From: Bdellovibrionota bacterium
Lineage (GTDB): Bacteria > Bdellovibrionota > UBA1018 > UBA923
Length of the DNA: 49,359 nt
Assembly: GCA_040754655.1 (NCBI GenBank)
Contig: JBFMCE010000012.1
Coordinates: 1-49,359 of the forward strand
Reading direction: 5' to 3'
Below the pieces are notes generated by a model. It did no database searches. It saw nothing but the letters and a program-made list of their open reading frames with translations, and had not been told where the DNA came from. Of the stretch, positions 29,576-38,555 are shown in pieces; position 1 is the stretch's first letter, and the number at the start of each line of letters is the position of its first letter. A program made the translations under genes and the position numbers.

Positions 29576-30717
29576 TATTTGAATAACCCCCAGCTGTATT
29601 GAAGAACGTATCGCGTGTCCGGCGACCCTCGAAGCCTATCGTCCTTCTCGTCAGAATAAAGCGCGAGCTCAAGGCTTGCCTTTGGGGTGCCAATGCCAAA
29701 ACCAAACGAAATGTACCCATGGGCAACCCCGGTTCGAAGTTTCATGAGATCGTAAAAAATAAGTTCCGAACCAAAAAACACGTGCCTGAACCGACTGCCA
29801 GAGAGTTTATTCGAGTAATCGCGGTAGTCGATCTCAGCCTTCATCTCAAGCCTTCTCGCAAGATAGATGGTGAGGGAAGCAGCCGCATCGAATGTCATGG
29901 GTTGCGGCGCTACATCACGACCGCTACCAAAACTAATCATCGGAGGAGCCGTAAAACGAGTGCCTCCGATGTTCCTGGCAACGACCGAGAAGCTGGGCAG
30001 GAACCGAAAAGGCAACGTCAGGGTAACGCCAGCGTTCGTCACAAGGCCTGATCCAGAGTTTATGTTGTTCTTGAAATCAAGCGAGCTCTGAGCGATCGGC
30101 GGCTCAAGAAGCGAATCCGCATCTCCAACGGTGAGCAGTTGCGCTGAGGCTCCGATGCGGAAGATGCCTTTGAACAATCGAAAAGAGACCGCGCCGATGG
30201 GTCCAAATCGGTCCCGGGCTCGAACCCGCAGCGCGCCATCGCTGTTGCGCACTTCCGCCCCTTGGTTGACCTCGTAGAGGATCCCTAAGCTGAATTGCCG
30301 CAAAGTCACGTTGGGGTAGACCGAATACCTTCCGCTCACGTAAGTGTCTGGGTTGTTCCGCAAGTCGCCGTAGAGTGAGGAAAGGTCATTGATTTTGGGG
30401 ATGCTCCCCGAACTTGCCATCGAGACCAGCGGCGCGTTGCCATCGAGCTGAAAATTCACGAGCTGAATCCGATTGCCTGTGTCTTTGGCGGAAATGTTCG
30501 CAGGATTGTAGAAAACCGAATATGGACCGCGCTCGGTATTTATTGCCGCGTTTCCCATGCCAAGAGCGCGGGCCGAAGACGACACCTCGGTATTGAACTT
30601 GTTTGCATAGGCTTGAGGCGATGAGAAGGCGCAAAACACGAGCGCTATAAGGGTTACGGCGGTCAGAAGATGGGCGCCTTGAAGCCGAAAATTGTGGTTG
30701 AGCGCTTTCCATTCCAT
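29575..30717 (-). CDS. Outer-membrane beta-barrel protein (TraF/FadL-like N-terminus)
   Basis: Signal peptide (AYA), SARALGMGNA...FYNPA motif, C-terminal strands; TAATG overlap with the PP2C gene. Confidence 0.72.
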   Translation of the reverse strand: MEWKALNHNFRLQGAHLLTAVTLIALVFCAFSSPQAYANKFNTEVSSSARALGMGNAAINTERGPYSVFYNPANISAKDTGNRIQLVNFQLDGNAPLVSMASSGSIPKINDLSSLYGDLRNNPDTYVSGRYSVYPNVTLRQFSLGILYEVNQGAEVRNSDGALRVRARDRFGPIGAVSFRLFKGIFRIGASAQLLTVGDADSLLEPPIAQSSLDFKNNINSGSGLVTNAGVTLTLPFRFLPSFSVVARNIGGTRFTAPPMISFGSGRDVAPQPMTFDAAASLTIYLARRLEMKAEIDYRDYSNKLSGSRFRHVFFGSELIFYDLMKLRTGVAHGYISFGFGIGTPKASLELALYSDEKDDRLRGSPDTRYVLQYSWGLFK

Positions 30718-30902
30718 GGTTAAAGCTGCCTTCCGTGCTCTGCCAATGTTTAAGCGAAACGCCTAAAAAGGGTTTTTACCCTCAAGTTCTTAACGGCACC
30801 CTATAGAAAAACATTAAGTAAACAAAACATGTTTACTTTCAAGCACTTCCAAGCGGTGCAAAAATCACATGATTTTGCGCAAAGCATTAACTCTGGTAAT
30901 AT

Positions 30903-30930
30903 TAAGGGACGTCTTCAGTATTACCGATAG
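30903..30930 (+). promoter_or_regulatory. Sigma28 (FliA)-like promoter upstream of the HD-GYP gene
   Basis: TAAG-N16-ACCGATAG. Confidence 0.45.
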
Positions 30931-30983
30931 GCTTGAGAGTAGAATCGACCGGTTTTATTGGGAAACGAGGGGGATTCAAGTAG

Positions 30984-31838
30984 GTGTCAAAATTGAGACG
31001 AAAACCGACATCTCGGTCTGTCGCGAGCTCTATTTCCACGCTCAAACCAAGACTCGTCGTCGACAATCCCCGTGGCCGAAAGATTGACGAAAAGACAGAT
31101 TCTCATTCGCATGAAACACACTCGCACTCACATTCCCAGATAGAGGCCATGAGCGTCGAACAGGCCGCTTTCGTGAGCCTGATTTACAGGATCTTTCGTG
31201 AAAACCAAGATCTTAAACTCGCGTATAGCAAGCTCCTCAACCAAACCGTAAAAGCCCTGTTGCGTTGTCTCGAAGAAAGAGACCCTTACACCTACGGCCA
31301 CAGCATGAGGGTAATGGAATACTCAATGATGATCGGTCGAGGCGCGAATTTAAAAGACAGCGAAATGAACAACCTCGAGCTTGCAGCCCTGTTTCACGAC
31401 ATCGGAAAAGTGGGAATCCCGGATTGCGTGCTTCTGAAACCAGGCCGGCTCGACGCTAAAGAAACCAAGATCATCCAGCAACACCCTGTGAAAAGCGGCG
31501 AAATCATCGGTATCATCGATGCGTTCAAAAATGTCGTTCCCGGAGTGCGCCATCATCACGAACGCATGGATGGAGAAGGCTACCCCGACAAACTCTCCGG
31601 AGATCGAATTCCGATGTCATCGAGGATCATCCTCGTGGGTGATACCTTCGATGCAATGACATCAACACGGCCCTACCGCAAAGCTCTTCCGGTGGAAGCG
31701 GCATACTCAGAGCTTGATCGTTATTCGGGCTCTCAATTTGACCCTGAATTCGTCAAAGTCTTCATCCGCGAGCACAAGAAAATGATGTCTGCGGCCTCGC
31801 CAATCCGATCGTCAAAACCTACGAAAAAAGCGGCTTAG
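30984..31838 (+). CDS. HD-GYP cyclic-di-nucleotide phosphodiesterase
   Basis: RDPYTYGHS.RV, HDIGK, HHERMDGEGYP, DTFDAMTSTRPYRK, GSQFDP. Confidence 0.93.
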   Translation: MSKLRRKPTSRSVASSISTLKPRLVVDNPRGRKIDEKTDSHSHETHSHSHSQIEAMSVEQAAFVSLIYRIFRENQDLKLAYSKLLNQTVKALLRCLEERDPYTYGHSMRVMEYSMMIGRGANLKDSEMNNLELAALFHDIGKVGIPDCVLLKPGRLDAKETKIIQQHPVKSGEIIGIIDAFKNVVPGVRHHHERMDGEGYPDKLSGDRIPMSSRIILVGDTFDAMTSTRPYRKALPVEAAYSELDRYSGSQFDPEFVKVFIREHKKMMSAASPIRSSKPTKKAA

Positions 31839-31841
31839 TCT

Positions 31842-32891
31842 TTAGAAGGAATCCCGGCCCATCTTCAGCAGAGTCATGTGAAGCGTATTCTTATCAACCT
31901 TGAATCCCTTCACTTCGGCCGTGAACCAGCTGTCATAGATGGGATCATTTGCGTCTTTAGGAACCCTGAAATTATTTGCGATATTCGTCGCTAGTGCCAA
32001 GAGATGCGAAAACTGGGCAAGCTCCTTATTTGCCGATCCTGCAAGATAAGGGTCGTGGTGGAACAAGAGGGGTTTTTCAAGATCCTTGAAGACGCCCGAG
32101 AAATAAGCGATCTGCGAACTGTAATACTCGTGCGGAAGGCCAAAACGTTTTGCCTCAAGGAAGTGCGTGACTTCCCTATTGGTCGGTTTTTTCGCGATCT
32201 CCGCGCGAAAGTTCGCATATGCGTTGGGTTTTCCGGCGGGAAAGAGAAAATCCAATGCGACCTTCCCTATATCGTGCAACAGCCCAGCCGAGAAAATATA
32301 TTTTGAGAAACCCAGTTTCTTTGTCGTCTTGGCGATCTCAGTGGCGATCTTCGCGGTTCTCATCCCGTGTTTGTAGACTTCCGAGATATGTTCCTCAAAG
32401 GGCTTGGGATTTTCAAGCTTCGCCCTGCCTAGCGCTAAAAGAACATCAAAGAGCATGGCTGCCGCGTAACAGGTGTCTGGGTACTCAGTACGATGGACGG
32501 ACACGTACTCTTCCGTTTTCAGGGCAAAGGGCAAATACTCAGACGGTTTGAAATTCAACTTACCCGAAGCATCGATTTCAGGATACTTTCCGGCAACGCT
32601 TCGCATTATTTGCAAAGCACACACGAAACTGCGCACGCGTTGCATGCCTAGCAGGGAAATAGCTGCCCTTAAAGTAGGCGTGTTTTCTTTGAGCCCAAGA
32701 GACTGAATCTCTTTCACGAGCACGTATTCAAAGTACTGATTTCTCTGAATTATTTTCGCCACGGCCTCTGCCGTCACGTCGATATCGATGAACTCCTCGA
32801 TGATCTTCCTCGACGTGATCGGAAGGTTCACGGCGGCCACGACCGTTGAATGAAACTCATTGAAAAGCTTGGAATCTATAGTGAGATCCAT
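31842..32891 (-). CDS. HDOD domain protein
   Basis: TLRAAISLLGMQRV, AGLLHDIGKVAL, EAKRFGLPH, FHHDP. Confidence 0.8.
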   Translation of the reverse strand: MDLTIDSKLFNEFHSTVVAAVNLPITSRKIIEEFIDIDVTAEAVAKIIQRNQYFEYVLVKEIQSLGLKENTPTLRAAISLLGMQRVRSFVCALQIMRSVAGKYPEIDASGKLNFKPSEYLPFALKTEEYVSVHRTEYPDTCYAAAMLFDVLLALGRAKLENPKPFEEHISEVYKHGMRTAKIATEIAKTTKKLGFSKYIFSAGLLHDIGKVALDFLFPAGKPNAYANFRAEIAKKPTNREVTHFLEAKRFGLPHEYYSSQIAYFSGVFKDLEKPLLFHHDPYLAGSANKELAQFSHLLALATNIANNFRVPKDANDPIYDSWFTAEVKGFKVDKNTLHMTLLKMGRDSF

Positions 32892-32972
32892 TTACCCTTA
32901 TAGTGTGAGGCTGAATGCTCGCCTGAGTCAAGGCCCCGCGCTTAGGGCATTGGAAGTTGTATCACTTTGTCA

Positions 32973-33000
32973 TAAAATACTTTCAAGCGACAACCGATAA
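32973..33000 (+). promoter_or_regulatory. Sigma28 (FliA)-like promoter upstream of the CBS-STAS-regulator operon
   Basis: TAAA-N16-ACCGATAA, 29 nt before the ATG at 33030. Confidence 0.5.
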
Positions 33001-33029
33001 AGAGGTCACATCGGAGGCAATGACGTAAA

Positions 33030-33431
33030 ATGATCACCCGCGCGAAAGACATCATGTCGACTGAGCTCATCATTGGGCACCCCGAAATGACGATCGAGGA
33101 AGCAATCAAGGTTTTGGTGAACAACAAGATAACCGGCATACCCGTTGTCGATGCGGATCAACGCCTCGTCGGGGTCGTTTCGGAATATGACATCATCAAA
33201 ATCGTCGAAAAGGAAGAAGGCGATCGTCCGTTAGACCTCAACCGGGTCATCAAGTTCAGCCAAAAAGTCACGACGATTTCTGAAAACACGAAACTCTCTG
33301 ACATCCTGAAACACTTCGTCGAAAGAAAGGTGCGCAGGCTTCCGGTGGTGAATGAAGAGAACAAACTCGTCGGCATCATTACCAGGCGAGACATCATGAG
33401 GATTCTCTTCTACCGCTCAAAGCCTCTGTAA
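33030..33431 (+). CDS. Stand-alone CBS-pair protein
   Basis: ITGIPVVD..LVGVVSEYD and RRLPVV..LVGIITRRD; RBS GGAGG. Confidence 0.92.
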   Translation: MITRAKDIMSTELIIGHPEMTIEEAIKVLVNNKITGIPVVDADQRLVGVVSEYDIIKIVEKEEGDRPLDLNRVIKFSQKVTTISENTKLSDILKHFVERKVRRLPVVNEENKLVGIITRRDIMRILFYRSKPL

Positions 33432-33446
33432 ACGGTAAGAAGAAAA

Positions 33447-34109
33447 GTGCGGCTAAAGCTAAGCCAAGAAAAGAATATCGCGATTCTCGACGTGCTTGAC
33501 GACGTCGACGCTCACAATGCCGACGTCTTGCGGGCGGGAATAGGAAAACTGCTCAAATCAGGGAAGAACAGGATCATCATCAACCTCGTCGGTGCGAACC
33601 GCATTCAGCTCAACGTCATACGAGAAATCATAAACCTGCACCTCATCGCCACTGAGCTGAACGGACAGATCGTGCTGGTCGGCCAGGGCGAAATGGTGAA
33701 ACAGGCGATCCAAAGTTTCGCTAATCCCCCGCCTATCAAGTATTTCAGCACTCGGGAAGCCGCTCTTGCCGCTTTGATAGAAGCCGGCAAATCGCGAACC
33801 GGCGTCGGCATTAAGTCAGCCGCGGCGGCTAAGGCCGGTGACCCCAAGACCTATCTCGCCAAGCTCGAGGCCGAAAACAAATCCTTGAAGGCCAAGATAG
33901 CAAGCCGAAAGGCGGACGAGATTTCAAAACTAAGAAAAGAAAACAGAGAACTCGAACGACGCATCAACCTATTGCAGGCCCAGCAGCGCCATCTCTCAAA
34001 AGAGCAGCGCCACGGCTACGAAGATGAAGGGATCCAGAAGAAAATAAAACTGCTTGAAACTTCGCTTGAGGGGTTTCTCGCTCAGGAAGGGCTCTTGACG
34101 AAGAACTGA
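33447..34109 (+). CDS. STAS-like (anti-sigma antagonist-like) domain plus coiled coil
   Basis: IAILDVLDDVDAHNA..LR...RIIINL...NGQIVLVG...FSTREAAL STAS pattern; heptad-rich C-terminal half. Confidence 0.65.
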   Translation: MRLKLSQEKNIAILDVLDDVDAHNADVLRAGIGKLLKSGKNRIIINLVGANRIQLNVIREIINLHLIATELNGQIVLVGQGEMVKQAIQSFANPPPIKYFSTREAALAALIEAGKSRTGVGIKSAAAAKAGDPKTYLAKLEAENKSLKAKIASRKADEISKLRKENRELERRINLLQAQQRHLSKEQRHGYEDEGIQKKIKLLETSLEGFLAQEGLLTKN

Positions 34110-34120
34110 GGTGAAATACC

Positions 34121-34471
34121 GTGGCCAACGAGACTCCAAAACCGCAGCCAACTGCGGAAGCCAGCGAAAAAACCGATGAAGAAATTGAAGCGGCGATCCG
34201 GGCGCTTGAGCAAGAAAACAAGACCCTTCAGGGCTTGCTCGCAAATTCATCGGCGGAAACCCTCAATGAGCTGAAATCAAAGAATGTTGAGTTCAAGACG
34301 GCCCTTTCGGCAATTGAAAAACAAATTATCCAAGACCTCTTAACGCGCAAAATACCTTTTGATGCCACCAGTATTTCCGATAGACTTCAAGTATTGAAAG
34401 CAGAGGTCTTAGCGCATTGCGCAGATAGGGAGTTAGATCCCGCTCTATGGAAAAAGCTCGAATCCTTGTAA
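34121..34471 (+). CDS. Hypothetical coiled-coil protein similar to the C-terminal half of the upstream gene
   Basis: RBS GAGGTG; LEQENKTL versus LEAENKSL and downstream register similarity. Confidence 0.7.
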   Translation: MANETPKPQPTAEASEKTDEEIEAAIRALEQENKTLQGLLANSSAETLNELKSKNVEFKTALSAIEKQIIQDLLTRKIPFDATSISDRLQVLKAEVLAHCADRELDPALWKKLESL

Positions 34472-35130
34472 TTGAAGACAACCAAGATACGCGGCAGTTC
34501 CTGGAGACGGTTCTTTCGCGCGAATACGATGTGCATTGCACGGAAAACGCCGTCTTAGGCATTGATTACGCGCGAAACAAGAGGCCTGATCTCATCATCC
34601 TCGACATCATGTTGCCCATCCTCAACGGATTCGAAGCTTGCGGCCTTTTGCGGAAGGAAGAAGCCACTCGCGGCATTCCGATCATCTTTCTTTCCGCGAA
34701 GAACACGGTGAACGACATCACTCACGGGCTCAACTTAGGTGCTGACGATTACTTGGCCAAGCCCTTTGACTACAAAGAGCTCTTGGCGCGAGTGAAGGTG
34801 CGGCTACGGGAAAAAGCGATCAGACAAACTGAGCCCAAAGTGCTTTTGCACGGGGACCTCAAGCTTGTGCTCGATACGCGTGAGGTTTTCTTTGCGAGCA
34901 AACCCATTGTCCTCACCCAAACCGAATTCGATATCCTAAGGCTTCTTGTCCAAAACATCGGTGAAGTAGTGCCTCGCGATAAAATCATCGAAGAGGTTTG
35001 GCGTGGATCGGCGGAAGGGACGCAGAAGCGCACTATTGATGTTCATATTCGAGCGCTTCGCAAGAAAATCCCCCCGCTTACAAGACACGTCATTTCAGTT
35101 TATGGCGTAGGTTATAAGTACGAACGTTAG
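34447..35130 (+). CDS. OmpR/PhoB-family response regulator
   Basis: ILVIED, LDIMLP, FLSAK, GADDYLAKPF, LTQTEFDIL, RTIDVHIRALRKK, VYGVGY. Confidence 0.95.
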   Translation: MEKARILVIEDNQDTRQFLETVLSREYDVHCTENAVLGIDYARNKRPDLIILDIMLPILNGFEACGLLRKEEATRGIPIIFLSAKNTVNDITHGLNLGADDYLAKPFDYKELLARVKVRLREKAIRQTEPKVLLHGDLKLVLDTREVFFASKPIVLTQTEFDILRLLVQNIGEVVPRDKIIEEVWRGSAEGTQKRTIDVHIRALRKKIPPLTRHVISVYGVGYKYER

Positions 35131-37310
35131 CGAGAACTTGGCTCTCGGGCATTGTCGTCGGTAATCAAAAGACGCTCTTCAATATTGGTAAAGCGGTCTT
35201 CCTTCACGGTAAACTTCACTTCCTTTTCCATCCCTAAGACGGCGTTCACGAGGCGCACGCGATAAGTGCCCACCGGAACCCGTTTACGCGAGATGGGAGT
35301 GGCCCAGCGTTGCTCGATGCCATCAATGCTGATCAGCGCGTCAGCGCTTGGCGTGGTCTTTATGGTCACATAACCAAACTTAGCGGGTTCAAGGGCCACA
35401 TCGATCGTATATTCCTTTGCATCCGAAATTTTCTTCGAATTTATCGTCATCGTCTTGGCAAACGTCCTGAAGCCATCACGCTCGACAATGACTTCAAGCG
35501 GTTTATCCACCGGAGCGTTTGTGATGCCGCTTGAATCAAGCGTTTGCCCGCTGACTCGGATCACCGTTCCTAAGCCAATCGGCGTTACGTTGAACCGCAA
35601 CACGACCGTATTCTCAAGATCCGCGTCCGGAGAGGGCGACGGAGCCGAACCAGCCGCATCCGCACGCTCAAGATTGATCGACAAAGACTTGCTTTCTCCT
35701 GTCGAGATGGTTATCTCTTCGGTGAACTTGCGATAACCATTGGCCGATACCGTGAGTCTGAAAGGTTTATCCGTGGGAAGGTTGCGGATTTCAGCCGGAA
35801 ACTCACTGGCAACCTGCTTGTCATCGATCGAGATCGTCGCGGCTTTGATGTTGCCCCTGAGCGCCAAGATCGGCCTTGTATCTTTTTGCCCGTGAGCGCC
35901 GGCCGGGCTGAGAGTCTTATTCTCAGCGTAGTACCAATAACCCCCAGCCAAAGCTGCGACTAAAAGTATAAGAAAAGCAAAGGGTGAACGAGATCCTTGG
36001 CCATCCGCTGGGCGCGCAAGCCCCGAAGATGTGTTTCGCGTGGTTTGCAAAAACCTCGTGCTTCCAGGGGCCGGATTGTAGCGCCCCTCCGCCGAAGCCT
36101 TGCTTGTCATCTGATTGAGTTCAATAGGTGTGTCCAAAGTAACGGGTTTCGCCTTGACCTTGTCCTTGAAATCGACCATGCGAAAGCTGCTGCTCTCTTC
36201 CCTGCGTCGTTTTTGCGAGCTGGTATCGTTGCTCTTTGATTCGGTCACGGTCTTATCCTCGACATCCGTCGGAATGGGTATTTCAGGCCCGCCAATCCCG
36301 GTCGTCGTCGCTTCACCAAGCAACTGTTCCGCCTTCTCATTGAGTTTTAAGAGCATCTTCCTGTCTTCAACGATCTCATTCTTGAAGAGATCTCGCGCAT
36401 AATACGCGAGATCAGCAGGGTTGAACTCCGGCGCATACTGATAAAGAAGTTTGTGCAAGGCACGTTGCAGCTCTTCCGCCGACCCGTACCTCTGATCACG
36501 ATCTTTGGTGAGGCACTTCAGCACAATGGCATCAAGTTCTTTGGGAACCTGGGCATTGTAAATGCTGGGCGGCTTCACATGAGTCGAGCACGTTTCGATG
36601 AGCTTGATGACTGCATAGTCGTTTTCACCCGAAAAAAGCTTCCGTCCGGTCAAGAGCTCCCAAAAGACCGCACCCAGGGCGAAGATATCGCTCCTGCCAT
36701 CAAGTGTATCGCCAGAGATTTGCTCCGGAGAAAGATAAGAAGGCTTGCCTTTGATGACTCCCGCTCTAGTTGCATCAACGTTGGTCACCGCTTTCGCGAT
36801 TCCGAAGTCGATCACCTTCACCGCGCCGTCGTATGAGATCAATACGTTCTGAGGGCTCACATCACGGTGGACGATGCTCAATGGTTTCCCAGAAAACTTG
36901 TCCTTGTACGAATGCGCATACGCTAGGCCCAGAGCGCATTGCTCGATGATGTAGACGCTCGCTTCGATTGGAAAGCGCGACTGTGTTTCAGTAAAACGGC
37001 TCACGAACTGCCTTAAATTTTTGCCATCGACGTACTCCATGGCGATGTATTGCATCCCGTCTACTTCGCCGAAGTCATAGAGTTGCACGATGTTCGGATG
37101 GGTCAATCCGCTCGTGGTTTTGATCTCAGAGCGGAACATGGTCACGAACTCTTGATTCCTCGAGTAGTTGCCGATGATGCGCTTGATGGCGATCAACCTT
37201 CCGCCACCGTCTGGCGTAGCCATGCGGGCGCGATAGATTTCCGCCATGCCGCCTTGCGCGATTCGATCTAAGAGGAAAAATTTGCCGAACTTTTTCAGGC
37301 TGTCGGACAT
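35127..37310 (-). CDS. Membrane-anchored Hanks-type Ser/Thr kinase with periplasmic PEGA-like domains
   Basis: GGMAEIY, IAIKR, HRDVSPQN, DFGIAK, YLSPEQ, one TM (FAFLILLVAALAGGYWYY), beta-rich C-terminus. Confidence 0.94.
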   Translation of the reverse strand: MSDSLKKFGKFFLLDRIAQGGMAEIYRARMATPDGGGRLIAIKRIIGNYSRNQEFVTMFRSEIKTTSGLTHPNIVQLYDFGEVDGMQYIAMEYVDGKNLRQFVSRFTETQSRFPIEASVYIIEQCALGLAYAHSYKDKFSGKPLSIVHRDVSPQNVLISYDGAVKVIDFGIAKAVTNVDATRAGVIKGKPSYLSPEQISGDTLDGRSDIFALGAVFWELLTGRKLFSGENDYAVIKLIETCSTHVKPPSIYNAQVPKELDAIVLKCLTKDRDQRYGSAEELQRALHKLLYQYAPEFNPADLAYYARDLFKNEIVEDRKMLLKLNEKAEQLLGEATTTGIGGPEIPIPTDVEDKTVTESKSNDTSSQKRRREESSSFRMVDFKDKVKAKPVTLDTPIELNQMTSKASAEGRYNPAPGSTRFLQTTRNTSSGLARPADGQGSRSPFAFLILLVAALAGGYWYYAENKTLSPAGAHGQKDTRPILALRGNIKAATISIDDKQVASEFPAEIRNLPTDKPFRLTVSANGYRKFTEEITISTGESKSLSINLERADAAGSAPSPSPDADLENTVVLRFNVTPIGLGTVIRVSGQTLDSSGITNAPVDKPLEVIVERDGFRTFAKTMTINSKKISDAKEYTIDVALEPAKFGYVTIKTTPSADALISIDGIEQRWATPISRKRVPVGTYRVRLVNAVLGMEKEVKFTVKEDRFTNIEERLLITDDNAREPSSR

Positions 37311-37579
37311 TCTTGCTTACCCTACTCTCTGTGATTGGCTTAAACCGCCTCTCACACTTCTCGGTAGGTTTGAGGAAAGAAATGAGGGAGAAATGGAGGT
37401 ACGGCGGCACGCACATCTAGTTAGTTGCCCCGGGTTGCGCCGCATTGGGTTACTGCCTGCTCAAATAGCGAAAAATAAGGACTTTTTCCTTAGAATCCAA
37501 ACACCAGAATGCACACGAAAATAGTCAATCCGATCATAGGCACCATCATAAGCTCAATACCTCGCTCTGCCGCTCTAAA

Positions 37580-37596
37580 AGCAAGCTCCATGCCAC
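37580..37596 (-). promoter_or_regulatory. Sigma54 (-24/-12) promoter facing the Ser/Thr kinase gene
   Basis: Minus strand TGGCATGGAGCTTGCT, exact GG-N10-GC spacing, in a 370-nt intergenic region. Confidence 0.6.
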
Positions 37597-37680
37597 CTGA
37601 TCTCGTGCAGCGCTTGTAAATAAATTGTGTTTAGTATTTCGACAGAAACTCTTCCGGGATGGCTCACCCCGAGCCAGGCT

Positions 37681-38367
37681 TTAGGTTTCGTCCGCCCTTT
37701 TGGCTTTGACCATGAGAAGTTCACCGAACTGGGGCATCGCGCGGATCAAGGGCCGCAATACCCTGTACCCCAGAAGATTCTTGGTAAGAGTCGGCACTCC
37801 GCGCACGTCCACAACCCGAAAACCTGTGTATTCGCAAAGCTCTTTGAGCTTTGAGAGGTTGAAAATCCGGATATGCTCGCCAAAATGATCTTCAGGATAG
37901 GCCCCCATCAAACCCAGGTAACCCCCAGTGAGTACTCGGATTCGATTCGAGAGCGAATTGAGATTGGGCGTTGTGAAAAGCAAAGTGCCATTGGATTTTA
38001 AGACACGGCTGCATTCTTCCAGAAGAAACTTTGTATCAAAAATATACTCTAGGATATCCGTAGCGTTCACCACGTCGAAGAATTCGTCTTCAAACGGGAT
38101 TCCATCATTCAAATCAAAGACTTTGACCCTGATTCCGCGCGACTGAGCGGCCTCAGCCGCCCGAGGATTCACTTCAACGCCATAGACCTCGTTGTTCTGT
38201 TCTTGGATGAGTCTCGAGAACTGACCGCCGAGACAGCCAAGGTCGAGCACGCGTTTGCCGCGGCCTATTTCTTTGAGCAGGTACTCTTTTCTCAGAGGGA
38301 CATGGAACAAGGGTTCTTCAAGAACCAGGCGGTCATCGTAGCGTTTCAGGTATTCTTCTCTCCGCAT
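37681..38367 (-). CDS. Class I SAM-dependent methyltransferase
   Basis: VLDLGCLGG, IPFEDEFFDVV, RVLKSNGTLLFTTPN. Confidence 0.88.
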   Translation of the reverse strand: MRREEYLKRYDDRLVLEEPLFHVPLRKEYLLKEIGRGKRVLDLGCLGGQFSRLIQEQNNEVYGVEVNPRAAEAAQSRGIRVKVFDLNDGIPFEDEFFDVVNATDILEYIFDTKFLLEECSRVLKSNGTLLFTTPNLNSLSNRIRVLTGGYLGLMGAYPEDHFGEHIRIFNLSKLKELCEYTGFRVVDVRGVPTLTKNLLGYRVLRPLIRAMPQFGELLMVKAKRADET

Positions 38368-38555
38368 GGCTCATTTATATCGTAGTGTCGAAGTTTTGAC
38401 CACTTTGTAAGAGTTACAGAGCATCTTTAAACCTCGCTCTGCACCAGAACACCGCTTCAGTTTCTTAAATGCGAAGAAAACATGGCTTTACTCTTGGCGA
38501 GTGAGGTAATGACAAGCTGCAACTAACGATTGTACACTTCGCATCCAGTGCACTA

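Noticed and set aside
29575..30717. Conjugative element suggested by the TraF-like barrel and ssb
   Set aside because: No relaxase, coupling protein, VirB4 or integrase; ssb and its neighbours look chromosomal.
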